Origin: a virus | Lineage: Duplodnaviria > Caudoviricetes | Virus record (IMG/VR): IMGVR_UViG_3300032312_001355 | Coordinates: 8,929 to 72,928 of that record | DNA: 64,000 bases | Direction: 5' to 3' (one strand) | In this document: one piece after another, positions 17,992 to 27,115 of the stretch | Numbering within the stretch: position 1 is the first letter of the stretch | How the letters are laid out: each line of letters starts with the position of its first letter | Program-made: the position numbers and the translations under genes | The notes under the pieces: model-generated | What the model saw: only the letters and a program-made list of their open reading frames with translations | Told to the model about the DNA's origin: nothing | Database searches by the model: none

Positions 17992-20900
17992 TGGACTATG
18001 TTGGCCGCAACGGTTCTAAGGTACTTTTCATCTCCGAAACATTGGGAACAGTTGTTGATGAGTTCCAAAATGTTGTGCTTGAGCTAGACCTTAAAGAACC
18101 TCTTATTGCAGCCACCTACTGGGATAGTAACTCTGAAAGACCTACTGGACCTGCAGTAGAGCTTGCAGCAGCAGCTCTAACAGATTTAGATATTAAAGTT
18201 TTTTCAAACAATGACCGTATGTACACAATTCCTGACTCCGTTGTTGCAGAAGCAAAACGCGGTCTTGAGTGGCGTAAAGAAGAAAATCGCGGTGGAACAT
18301 CTGTTGGTCTTAATACTGCTCGCACACTAGCTCGTGGCGGTCAAATTGGTATTCGTAAACTTCGTCATATTGCTAAATACTTTCCACGTCACGAAGTAGA
18401 TAAAAAGGGAACTGGCTACAAGCCGGGACAAAAAAATTATCCATCCAATGGTCGCATCGCTTGGGCTCTTTGGGGTGGAGACGCTGCTCGTTCATGGGCA
18501 TCTGCAATTGTAGAACGTGAAAATAAGAAGGCTAAGTCAAACTCAATTCTTGCGGGTGGATTAGATCCTATGCAATATGAGATGCCAAAGAGAGTTAACT
18601 ACGATTCTTTTATTACCTCAAAGACAATGCCTGAAGATAATGTAATTGAATTTTTTGCCCGTATTCGTTTAGACGGATCTGGTATTGATCGCCTGTATCG
18701 TATTGAGCCAGCAGGTCACATTTATGTGTGGGATGACGGCGACTGGGATGACATGGGCATGACAGATGCTGATATGTCTATGTATGACAAAATTCTTGAC
18801 GACCCTAACGATAGAACACCTTGCGGACAAATTCCTGTAGATACTGAAACAGCACTTTTCATTGCAGCACTTCTAGATAACGAACCTTTTATTGCACATA
18901 AGGTAGATAAGTTATACCCAGAAGAAAGCAAGATTTATGAAGAAGCATATCCAGATCTTGATATGGATCTACTAGATGATTTAGCTCTTCAAGATGAAAT
19001 GTCTGACTCATGGGATTTTGTAGACGACAGTTTAACTGCTGCAGGAGAAGCTCCAAGTTCTGGATCTAGGGCAGACAAAGATGGAGATGGAAAGCTAGAT
19101 AGTGATTTTCTATCCGAAAAGGCTTCTGCTCAACTTCGTGACAAATCAGGTAAATTTGCAAAAATGGGTGGACGAGTAGTTATTGGCGGGAACGCAAAGT
19201 ATCAAGGAAATATTCGTTCTTTAGATGCAACAACACAGACCGTTAAGGTAGAGCTTAATAACGGAAATATGATAGATATTCCTGCATCAATGACAGAGCC
19301 TTTAGAGTCATATGTTCCTATCCCTAATGCAGTTGCAGAAGGAGAGTTAGATACTTCTGGAATTCTTGGTGAGCCTCGTACTCCAATGGATTCTCCAATT
19401 CGTATGCCAGGAACTCTTCCTCCACTTAACGCATCGAATCTTAATTTAATGCTTACAAACTATCCACAGTGGGTGTCAGAGCAAAGACTTTCTCCAGACC
19501 CACAACCAACTCAAGCTCCTGCAAGTTCTAATCTAAAAACATCAGCACCTCAGCAACCTCAAGGTGTTGAAAAAGATGTTGCTAAAGACAATCCTTTATA
19601 TAAGTATTACCCAGAAAAGTTTACAAATTGGACTAAGGAAGTAAATGCTTACAATCTTCCTATCCTTAAGCCTTGGCTTGAGTCTGGACCAGACAGTCGT
19701 CGCAAATACAATCCATTTGTAGATCCAGAAAAAACAAAAAAATTTGTTGAAGAAAAAGGAATTAAATCCCCAAAGCTTGACTCTAAGGGTCGTCCTCTAA
19801 AGGCTTCTGCTGGTGAAGAAAAAGCTATGACACCAGAGACTTCTGATGTATCTATCTTGCATATGGCAATCGTTTCTCCTGATGATCCTCAGGCAGTAAT
19901 GGATTTAGTTGCTTTAGTTCCAGCATCTAATAAAACAATTCAACCAACCACATATAGTCGTAAAGATAGTAAATGGGTACACGATCCTCAAATCTTAAAT
20001 GATCTTCAAAGTGCAACTCCTCCACCAGTAATTGTTTTAGATGATGCAACTTTAGTAGATGTACTAGAGCAAGTTGATAATAAAGCAATCACTGCTGCAG
20101 GTGGTGCAGACCGTAATCGTGGAAATGCTGAAAAGCTTCGTCGTTATTGGACCTATGGTAAGGGTGCAGCCAAGATTCGTTGGAAGACTCCAGGAGACTG
20201 GACTCGTTGCTATCGTCAGTTAGCTAAATATATGGGTCCTCGTGCCAAGGGCTATTGCGCCCTTCGTCACAGAGAGATGAATGGTTATTGGCCAGGAGAT
20301 AAAAAGAATCAAGAGATGGGCGCTTTTAGTGTCAATACCTTGCACAATTACGATGAACTTTTGAGCACTTTTGTTATGCGTGCTAAAGCTGCAGATGCTA
20401 GAGCAAGAGTAATGACAGCTGGCGGAGATATGGAAAGCCAAGAAGGATCTGAATTCTTCATCCCTCTCGTTATACCTGAAGAAGTCGAATCTGGAGACGG
20501 AAGAGTTATCGTTAAAGATGCTCTTTCTATTAGAGAGCTTCCACTACCTCTTTTATGGCAAATTCAAACAGGAGAAGGCCACAATGGGTCTGTCGTAGTT
20601 GGAAAAATTGTTTCAATGGAGAGAGTCGATGGCGGAATTGGAAACGCTAAAGGATTTTTCGACAAAGGCTCTTATGGGCAAGAAGCTGAACGACTAGTTC
20701 GTGGTGGCTTCATTCGTGGTGTTTCGGCAGATCTCGATCAATTTGAGGGTGACGAAGAGGTGCCAGAGGTTAAAGAAACATCTGACACTAAGGTAGAAAG
20801 CGGTAAAATAAAGATCAAGAAAGCACGAGTCATGGCTGTGACTTTGGTGCCGAAGCCAGCTTTCCAAGAATGCTCAATTCAACTCGCCAATGAGCTTGGC

Positions 20901-22760
20901 GGAGAAGAGGAAGAAGTGAATATCCCTGACGGCGTATATGTCGAAGGAGTAAACCCTCTCGATGCTTCGGCGCTTGTTGCTTGCGGAATGATCGCAGGTG
21001 CAATTCCAGTTAATCCACCAAAAGAGTGGTTTAACGATCCAAAATTAACAACTGCAACACCACTAACTGTTGATGATGATGGTCGTGTATTCGGTCATAT
21101 CGCAGCTTGGCATGTCGATCATATCGGTATGAGTATGGGAACCAAGCCTCCACGCAGTCGTAGCAAGTATGCATATTTTCATACAGGTGTAGTTCGTACA
21201 GACGATGGTACAGATGTACCAGTAGGGCAACTAACTCTTGCGGGGGGACACGCATCACTAGAAGCATCTGCCTCTGAAGCAGTTCGTCACTACGACGACA
21301 CAGCATCTGCAATTGCAGATGTACATGCTGGAGAAGATGCCTATGGTATTTGGGTAGCTGGATCAGTTCGCCCAGGATCTACACCAGAACAAATTCGTGC
21401 ACTTCGTGCATCAGCACCTTCAGGTGACTGGCGCCCAATTAAAAATTCTCTAGAACTAGTTGCTGTATGTCAAGTAAATGTTCCAGGATTCCCAATCGCT
21501 CGTGCTCGTGTTGCATCAGGTTCAGTTATGGCACTCGTTGCTGCTGGTGCAAGTGTTCTTGCACAGATGAAGAGCGATCCACTTTCAGAAATGAAGGGTC
21601 GTATTGAAGCTCTTGAGAAGCCACAAAAGGAAGCTTTAGTTGCCTCAGCAAATGATGCCCGTGCTCGCATTCAAGCTTTTCAAAACGAACAGCTGAATCA
21701 GAAGAAGGCTTTAATTGCTGCAAAGGTAGCAAAAGTAAAACAAGATTCAGATCTTGATTATGACTACATGAACGAAATGTTTGATGATAACCCAGAAAAT
21801 GAAATGGCTGTTATTTCTCGTAAGACTCGTATGCGTCTTGCTGAAGAAGGAAAAGCACTTCCAGATGGTTCGTACCCAATCCGTAATGCTCAAGATCTAA
21901 AGAACGCTATCCGTGCCTATGGCCGCTCAAAGCCAGGAAGCCGTGGAAAGGTAAAGCGCCATATTATGAAACGTGCTATTGGACTAAATAAAGAAGAAAT
22001 CATTCCAGAAAATTGGAAGGGTGCAGCTTCTAATCTAGATGAAATTGTTGCCACTATGAAAACCAGAGCAACTTTTGCAGCAGCTTCTATGAATTCAGAA
22101 GCAGTTTTTTCAACACAAGAATTTGCTGAAGAACCTGCACCAGAAGAGATTGCTGATCTTACAGATGAAGAAATTGAAGTCTTAAGGCAAGAAGCAAAGA
22201 CTCGTAAGTCACAAGAAAATGATGGTGTCTCAAGAGATCAAGATGGTCGTGTTAAGTACACTCCAGAGACCCAACCTCGTGATGCCTCAGGAAAGTTCCG
22301 TCAGGTGCTAGCCCGTATCAAGCAGGATCTTGGAACCTCTGGTTTGGACCGTGTTCTAGATAAGATTGAAGAGGCTGAGAACTTTGATAGCACTGGCGAT
22401 TACGCTGGAGCAGCCAAAGCAGCAGGAGATTTACTCGGAATTATTGACCGATTGGACTCTGGAGCACTAAATGCTGAAGCTTTAGAGAACGTTAGAATCA
22501 GCGCTGGAGAGCTTGGAAAGGTTATCGCTAACCTACCTTTTGCCTTCGGTGAAGAGTCTCAAAAGATCCGCTTCTCAGATGTCCCACCAGCACTACGCGA
22601 CCTCATGGAAGACATGATTACCCGTGTAGAAGACAAGATTGGCCAAGAAGATGCCGATATTGCCACAGAAGATTTGAAGAAGTTTATTTCAGGAAGCGAG
22701 CTCTACAACCAGTCAGAGATTTCCTCTCAGATGGCTAAGCTCCTTCGCTTACTTACCTAA
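17991..22760 (+). CDS. Multidomain capsid maturation (prohead) protease, 1589 aa
   Basis: ESGDGR...LPLPL..Q...GH.GSVVVGKI...RGVSADLD...AVTLVPKPAF assemblin-type domain, then GRVFGHIAAW...GQLTLAGGHA...APSGDWR...ELVA...VNVPGFP; true start is the TAATG-coupled ATG at 17991, not 17925. Confidence 0.85.
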   Translation: MDYVGRNGSKVLFISETLGTVVDEFQNVVLELDLKEPLIAATYWDSNSERPTGPAVELAAAALTDLDIKVFSNNDRMYTIPDSVVAEAKRGLEWRKEENRGGTSVGLNTARTLARGGQIGIRKLRHIAKYFPRHEVDKKGTGYKPGQKNYPSNGRIAWALWGGDAARSWASAIVERENKKAKSNSILAGGLDPMQYEMPKRVNYDSFITSKTMPEDNVIEFFARIRLDGSGIDRLYRIEPAGHIYVWDDGDWDDMGMTDADMSMYDKILDDPNDRTPCGQIPVDTETALFIAALLDNEPFIAHKVDKLYPEESKIYEEAYPDLDMDLLDDLALQDEMSDSWDFVDDSLTAAGEAPSSGSRADKDGDGKLDSDFLSEKASAQLRDKSGKFAKMGGRVVIGGNAKYQGNIRSLDATTQTVKVELNNGNMIDIPASMTEPLESYVPIPNAVAEGELDTSGILGEPRTPMDSPIRMPGTLPPLNASNLNLMLTNYPQWVSEQRLSPDPQPTQAPASSNLKTSAPQQPQGVEKDVAKDNPLYKYYPEKFTNWTKEVNAYNLPILKPWLESGPDSRRKYNPFVDPEKTKKFVEEKGIKSPKLDSKGRPLKASAGEEKAMTPETSDVSILHMAIVSPDDPQAVMDLVALVPASNKTIQPTTYSRKDSKWVHDPQILNDLQSATPPPVIVLDDATLVDVLEQVDNKAITAAGGADRNRGNAEKLRRYWTYGKGAAKIRWKTPGDWTRCYRQLAKYMGPRAKGYCALRHREMNGYWPGDKKNQEMGAFSVNTLHNYDELLSTFVMRAKAADARARVMTAGGDMESQEGSEFFIPLVIPEEVESGDGRVIVKDALSIRELPLPLLWQIQTGEGHNGSVVVGKIVSMERVDGGIGNAKGFFDKGSYGQEAERLVRGGFIRGVSADLDQFEGDEEVPEVKETSDTKVESGKIKIKKARVMAVTLVPKPAFQECSIQLANELGGEEEEVNIPDGVYVEGVNPLDASALVACGMIAGAIPVNPPKEWFNDPKLTTATPLTVDDDGRVFGHIAAWHVDHIGMSMGTKPPRSRSKYAYFHTGVVRTDDGTDVPVGQLTLAGGHASLEASASEAVRHYDDTASAIADVHAGEDAYGIWVAGSVRPGSTPEQIRALRASAPSGDWRPIKNSLELVAVCQVNVPGFPIARARVASGSVMALVAAGASVLAQMKSDPLSEMKGRIEALEKPQKEALVASANDARARIQAFQNEQLNQKKALIAAKVAKVKQDSDLDYDYMNEMFDDNPENEMAVISRKTRMRLAEEGKALPDGSYPIRNAQDLKNAIRAYGRSKPGSRGKVKRHIMKRAIGLNKEEIIPENWKGAASNLDEIVATMKTRATFAAASMNSEAVFSTQEFAEEPAPEEIADLTDEEIEVLRQEAKTRKSQENDGVSRDQDGRVKYTPETQPRDASGKFRQVLARIKQDLGTSGLDRVLDKIEEAENFDSTGDYAGAAKAAGDLLGIIDRLDSGALNAEALENVRISAGELGKVIANLPFAFGEESQKIRFSDVPPALRDLMEDMITRVEDKIGQEDADIATEDLKKFISGSELYNQSEISSQMAKLLRLLT

Positions 22761-22800
22761 GTAACTAATAATCGTACAAATAACCATATAAAAGATAATG

Positions 22801-22922
22801 TACTATATAAATCAGGTGGAGTGCCTCCACGCATCTAATGCGTCTGAGAGTCCCTCGGCCTCGACTGATAAGCGAGACGAGAAGCATTAACGCCTTCTTG
22901 TCGTAACTGGCCCGGAAAAGGA
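22801..22922 (+). promoter_or_regulatory. -10 box and structured 5' leader of the major capsid gene
   Basis: TACTAT at 22801-22806; multiple hairpins 22816-22912; RBS AAAGGA at 22917-22922. Confidence 0.45.
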
Positions 22923-22928
22923 ACAGTA

Positions 22929-25004
22929 ATGGACCAAATTAAAGAATCATTTGATTCCTTGTCTGAACTCTCTGACGATCAAGTCACTGAACTTCAAAAC
23001 AAGATCATCAAAGAATTTGAGTCTGTAGAAAAAGAAGATCCTACTCCGCAATCAGTTGACGCAATGTCGTCATTAGCCGACATGCTTGACACCGTTCGTG
23101 GTGAATTCAAGCGACGCGAGGCCGCGGTTCAAGAGCTCGCACAGCGGGCAGCAGAAGCAGCCTCTCGTGTGTACGGCGAAGACAAAGAAAAGGACATGGA
23201 GTCCGATTCCTCAGAGGAAATGAAAGAAGAGATGACATCTGAATCAGAAGCTGCAATGGCTGAAGATAAGAAAGATGAAATGCCTTCTGAAGAAGTTCCT
23301 GCAGCCGAAGCTCCTATGGCAGAAGAAATGCCAGTAGAAGAAGAAGCACCAACTCCAGTGATGGATGAGGAAAAGAAAAAGGAAGAGGAAAAAATGTCCG
23401 AAGCGTCAATCGATGCAGATAAGACCGTCGAACTTTCGACAGAATCAAATGAAGTTGTTACCGAAGCAGCTGCCGCTGTAGAGGCAACCGCTGTTGTTGC
23501 AGATGGTGCAGAAGCATCAGAAGCAGAAGCAGCACCTGCAGAAGCAGCACCTGCTGCTGAAGCAGTTGTAACAGAAGCAGAGGTAGTAGTTGAAGATGCA
23601 GCAGTAGTTGCAGATTCAGAAGCTGCAGTTGCAGAAGTTACAGAAGATGCAGAAGCATCAACCCAAACACAAACAGAACCTACAGAGGTTCAAGAAAAGA
23701 TGGAGGCACCTGTGACCGCCGCTGCAAATGCAGATAACCTCAATATCGAGGTCCCGGCTGACCGTCGCCCTGTTGCACAGGCATCTGTAGCTCCCGTGGC
23801 AATCACTGCGGGTGCTGACATTCCTGGCTACACAGCTGGCAGCCCAATGAACGACATGTATGATGTCGCTTCAGCGTTCGAAAAGCGTATCCACGCTCTA
23901 CGTCGCGTTAATGGTGGAGATGGAGAACAACACATTGTTGCATCTGTCGCCACTGTATACCCAGAGTCTCGCACCCTTACACAGGATGCAGAGTCAAACT
24001 GGGCAAAAGTACAAGCTGTAACTGGCCCAGAAGCACTTGTTGCATCTGGTGGCCACTCAGCACCATTCGAAGTTAAGTACGACATCTTCGGTCTAGGAAC
24101 AACAGATCGTCCACTACGCGACGCTCTACCTAAGTTCCAAGCTGATCGTGGCGGTATTCGCTTCGTAACCCCACCAGTTCTTAGCTCATATGCTAACGCT
24201 GTTGGTATTTGGACCGCAGCAAATGACTCAGCACAGACACCAAACCCAGCTGCAAAGCTTAGTTTGACAGTTTCTGCTGCAGCAGAAGAGACAGTTGCAA
24301 CTGATGCTGTAACACTACAGCTACAGTTCGGTAACTTGATGTCTCGTGCGTATCCTGAATTGATCGCTCGCCACAATGAGCTTGGTCTTATTCAGCACGC
24401 TCGTGAAGCAGAAGGTCAAATCTTGACCCGTCTAACTGCACTTTCAACTGCAGTTACTTCAACTTCACTAATCGGTGTAGCTCGTGACTTCCTAGTAACA
24501 CTAGGTCGCGCAGCAGCTAACTACCGTGGCCGTCACCGTCTAGGTGCAGATGCTCCACTTCGCGTTATTGCTCCAGCTTGGATCAAGGACGCAATGGCAG
24601 CAGATCTAGCTCTACAGATGCCAGGAGATGCAAGTCTCAACGCAGCTTCAGAGATTGATGGCTACATTGCATCACGCAACATCAACATCACATACCACAT
24701 CGATGATTTCACAGGCGCTCAGGGTGCATCAGCACTTAACGAGTTTGCTGATACATTCGTTTGGTACATGTTCGCTGAAGGAACATTCTTGTTCCTAGAT
24801 GGCGGTACATTGGATCTTGGTGTTATCCGTGACTCAACCCTCGTTGGCACAAACGACTACAAGATGTTCGTTGAAACCTTCGAAGGTGTTGCAAAGATTG
24901 GTGTTGAAGGACTTGTCGTCACATCAACCATCTCAGTGAACGGTGTAGCAGCAGCTCTCCGTGACACAACAGGTGGCGCAACAGCCGCGGCAATCGAATA
25001 CTAA
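22929..25004 (+). CDS. Major capsid protein with N-terminal scaffolding domain (HK97 fold)
   Basis: Acidic Glu/Ala-rich N-terminal half, then LVASGGHSAPFEVKYD...LPKFQADRGGIRF...GGTLDLGVIRDSTL...NDYKMFVETFEG. Confidence 0.88.
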   Translation: MDQIKESFDSLSELSDDQVTELQNKIIKEFESVEKEDPTPQSVDAMSSLADMLDTVRGEFKRREAAVQELAQRAAEAASRVYGEDKEKDMESDSSEEMKEEMTSESEAAMAEDKKDEMPSEEVPAAEAPMAEEMPVEEEAPTPVMDEEKKKEEEKMSEASIDADKTVELSTESNEVVTEAAAAVEATAVVADGAEASEAEAAPAEAAPAAEAVVTEAEVVVEDAAVVADSEAAVAEVTEDAEASTQTQTEPTEVQEKMEAPVTAAANADNLNIEVPADRRPVAQASVAPVAITAGADIPGYTAGSPMNDMYDVASAFEKRIHALRRVNGGDGEQHIVASVATVYPESRTLTQDAESNWAKVQAVTGPEALVASGGHSAPFEVKYDIFGLGTTDRPLRDALPKFQADRGGIRFVTPPVLSSYANAVGIWTAANDSAQTPNPAAKLSLTVSAAAEETVATDAVTLQLQFGNLMSRAYPELIARHNELGLIQHAREAEGQILTRLTALSTAVTSTSLIGVARDFLVTLGRAAANYRGRHRLGADAPLRVIAPAWIKDAMAADLALQMPGDASLNAASEIDGYIASRNINITYHIDDFTGAQGASALNEFADTFVWYMFAEGTFLFLDGGTLDLGVIRDSTLVGTNDYKMFVETFEGVAKIGVEGLVVTSTISVNGVAAALRDTTGGATAAAIEY

Positions 25005-25078
25005 AAAGTAAGCGATAGCTAAAAAGTAGTAAGTCAAACCCGAGCAGACACTTAGAAAGAAACAGGAGAAAACTAGAA

Positions 25079-25957
25079 ATGGCGTTTAGAGGAATCTATC
25101 CAGCACCAGATTTGGTTCACGCACCTTGCGGACTTCTAAGTGTCGCTCGGGTTATGACACACACCACCGCAAATTACGATGAGCGTTGGGTTCGTGGCTT
25201 TAGTTACGAATTTGATTCACAACCAGAAGTAGAAGTATTTACAGTAAACGATGCAGCTGCTAGTGCAGTTGTAGGAACATCAACTCTTCCTCAGTTTAAA
25301 GAATACGATCCTTTCTTTATTCAAGTAACAGATACCCGTTCATATTTTGGTATTAATGGTGAAGATCGTTTTGCAATTGCTAGAAAGCAGTTAGAAGCAG
25401 CTACACAGAAAGCAATCGAGCTTGAACTTTGGGAAGGTAAAGCTGCAATTGCTGAAACAAATGGGAATGACTTTTTAAGGGAAACAGGAGTAGCAACCGT
25501 TGTAAATAGCGGTGCATTAGCTCCAGCAACAGCACTTATGCTGTTAGAACAAGCAGTTTCTTCATCACCAGCAGGTACAAACGGAGTCATTCACATGACC
25601 CGCGATGTTGCGTCGATTCTTGGATCACGTCTCATCTACTCTCCTGCAGATGGAGGAAAGACAGGTAAAGCAATGACACGCTTAGGTACAGAAGTAGTCA
25701 TTGGTTCTGGTTACACAGGAGCTGGTCGTCTTAGTGACGCCAACACCTCAGCATCTGCTTCAAACAAGTGGATGTTTGCAACTGGTCCTGTAGATGTACA
25801 TCTAAGCAAAATTGAAATTGTGAACGAAAATCTTGGTCAAGGTGCAACTGTAAGTACGAACACAAATGACTTAACAGTCAGAGCGGTTCGTTCAGCTGCG
25901 GTATACTTTGATCCAAGTATCTTCTACACAGTTCGTCTAGCACTACCCACAACCTAG
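25079..25957 (+). CDS. Capsid-associated (minor capsid/decoration) protein
   Basis: Directly follows MCP; APCGLLSVA...RWVRGFSYE...TRLGTEVVIGSGY...WMFATGPV motifs as in cluster-B-like phages. Confidence 0.55.
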   Translation: MAFRGIYPAPDLVHAPCGLLSVARVMTHTTANYDERWVRGFSYEFDSQPEVEVFTVNDAAASAVVGTSTLPQFKEYDPFFIQVTDTRSYFGINGEDRFAIARKQLEAATQKAIELELWEGKAAIAETNGNDFLRETGVATVVNSGALAPATALMLLEQAVSSSPAGTNGVIHMTRDVASILGSRLIYSPADGGKTGKAMTRLGTEVVIGSGYTGAGRLSDANTSASASNKWMFATGPVDVHLSKIEIVNENLGQGATVSTNTNDLTVRAVRSAAVYFDPSIFYTVRLALPTT

Positions 25958-25984
25958 TAAGAAAAAACAAAGGAGAACACTGGA

Positions 25985-27031
25985 ATGGCCACTCAGGACT
26001 ATGCGGCTAGCGTCCAAGGTGTGGCGATCCGAGTCACGAGACTGGACGCCGCTGGCAATCTGCTCAATGGAGCAGGAGACAGCTACACCACCTCGGCGTT
26101 CCTTCGCACATCTTTCACCCCTGAATATGAAGAGGGTGACGAAATCGTTGAGAAGTCAGCAGACGGTACTGTATGCGTGTCATACAAGGCCCCTGACACA
26201 CTCAAGCGCATCACAATGGAACTCGCAATTTGCGAACCAGATACAGAACTTTCACAACTAATCTCTGGCGGTTTGTTGCTTCGTAAGAACTTCGGTTCTT
26301 TTGCATCACCAGATAACAAGTCAGTCGGTTGGGCCGCACCTTCCGTCGGCGATGACCCATCAGGCAACGGTGTTGCTCTTGAATGCTGGTCTTTTGCTGT
26401 CGCAGATGGCCGCCGTGCTTCAACTAACCCATACTTCCACTGGGTATTCCCATACGCAAAGCTTCGCCAAAGCGGAGACCGCGTTATTGAAAACGGAATG
26501 CTTGCCACAACTTTTGAAGGTTATGGACTTGGAAATGTTAACTTTGGTTCAGGTCTAGATGGCCGTTGGGAATATCCAGTAGCAACTGAGCGCTCATATT
26601 CATATGCTCGCACAAACTACTCACCAACAGGTCTAAAGGGCTTCTATCGCTGGTTTAATAACTCAACAAAGACCGTCACAAACAAAGCTCTAACATCAAA
26701 CATTGCAACACTTACAACAGGTGCTGCACACGGATTTGAAGTTGGTCAGAGCGTAACAGTGAGCTCAGTTGATTCAACATTCAACGGTACTTACACAATT
26801 ACCGCTGTGCCTACAACAACAACCTTCCGCTATGCAAAGACTGCAACAGATGTTGCATCTACAGCAGTTAGCCCAGCAGGTTCAGTACTCCGCAATCGTG
26901 GATACCTTGCAGTATCAGATTTCGCCTCACAAGGGTCAACATCTACATACAACGTTCCAGGTAGCGAAGAATACAACGCAGATCTACCAGTTGACTTTAT
27001 TATTGCGTCAACCGAGGATCCAACCGCTTAA
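25985..27031 (+). CDS. Major tail tube protein with an inserted HG beta module
   Basis: AIRVTRLDAAG...YEEGDEIVEKSADG.VC...LAICEPD...YFHWVFP; insert TTGAAHGFEVGQSV...FNGTYTITAVPTTTTFRY. Confidence 0.85.
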   Translation: MATQDYAASVQGVAIRVTRLDAAGNLLNGAGDSYTTSAFLRTSFTPEYEEGDEIVEKSADGTVCVSYKAPDTLKRITMELAICEPDTELSQLISGGLLLRKNFGSFASPDNKSVGWAAPSVGDDPSGNGVALECWSFAVADGRRASTNPYFHWVFPYAKLRQSGDRVIENGMLATTFEGYGLGNVNFGSGLDGRWEYPVATERSYSYARTNYSPTGLKGFYRWFNNSTKTVTNKALTSNIATLTTGAAHGFEVGQSVTVSSVDSTFNGTYTITAVPTTTTFRYAKTATDVASTAVSPAGSVLRNRGYLAVSDFASQGSTSTYNVPGSEEYNADLPVDFIIASTEDPTA

Positions 27032-27041
27032 TTCATTAGGA

Positions 27042-27091
27042 AAGGCGGGCATCGAGCCGATGGTTTTTAAACTACGGTTTGTGCCCGCCTT
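27042..27091 (+). terminator. Long stem-loop after the tail tube gene (terminator or processing/stability hairpin)
   Basis: AAGGCGGGCA/TGCCCGCCTT outer stem plus CGAGCCG/CGGTTTG inner stem. Confidence 0.6.
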
Positions 27092-27115
27092 CTTACTTAG
27101 AGACGAGGTGAGAGT

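Noticed and set aside
22844-22905. Hammerhead-ribozyme-like words (CUGAGAGUC...GACGAGAA...GUC) in the capsid leader
   Set aside because: The core needs CUGANGA and GAAA; here it reads CUGAGAG and GAGA, and stems I and III cannot form around the GUC. Kept only as a structured leader.
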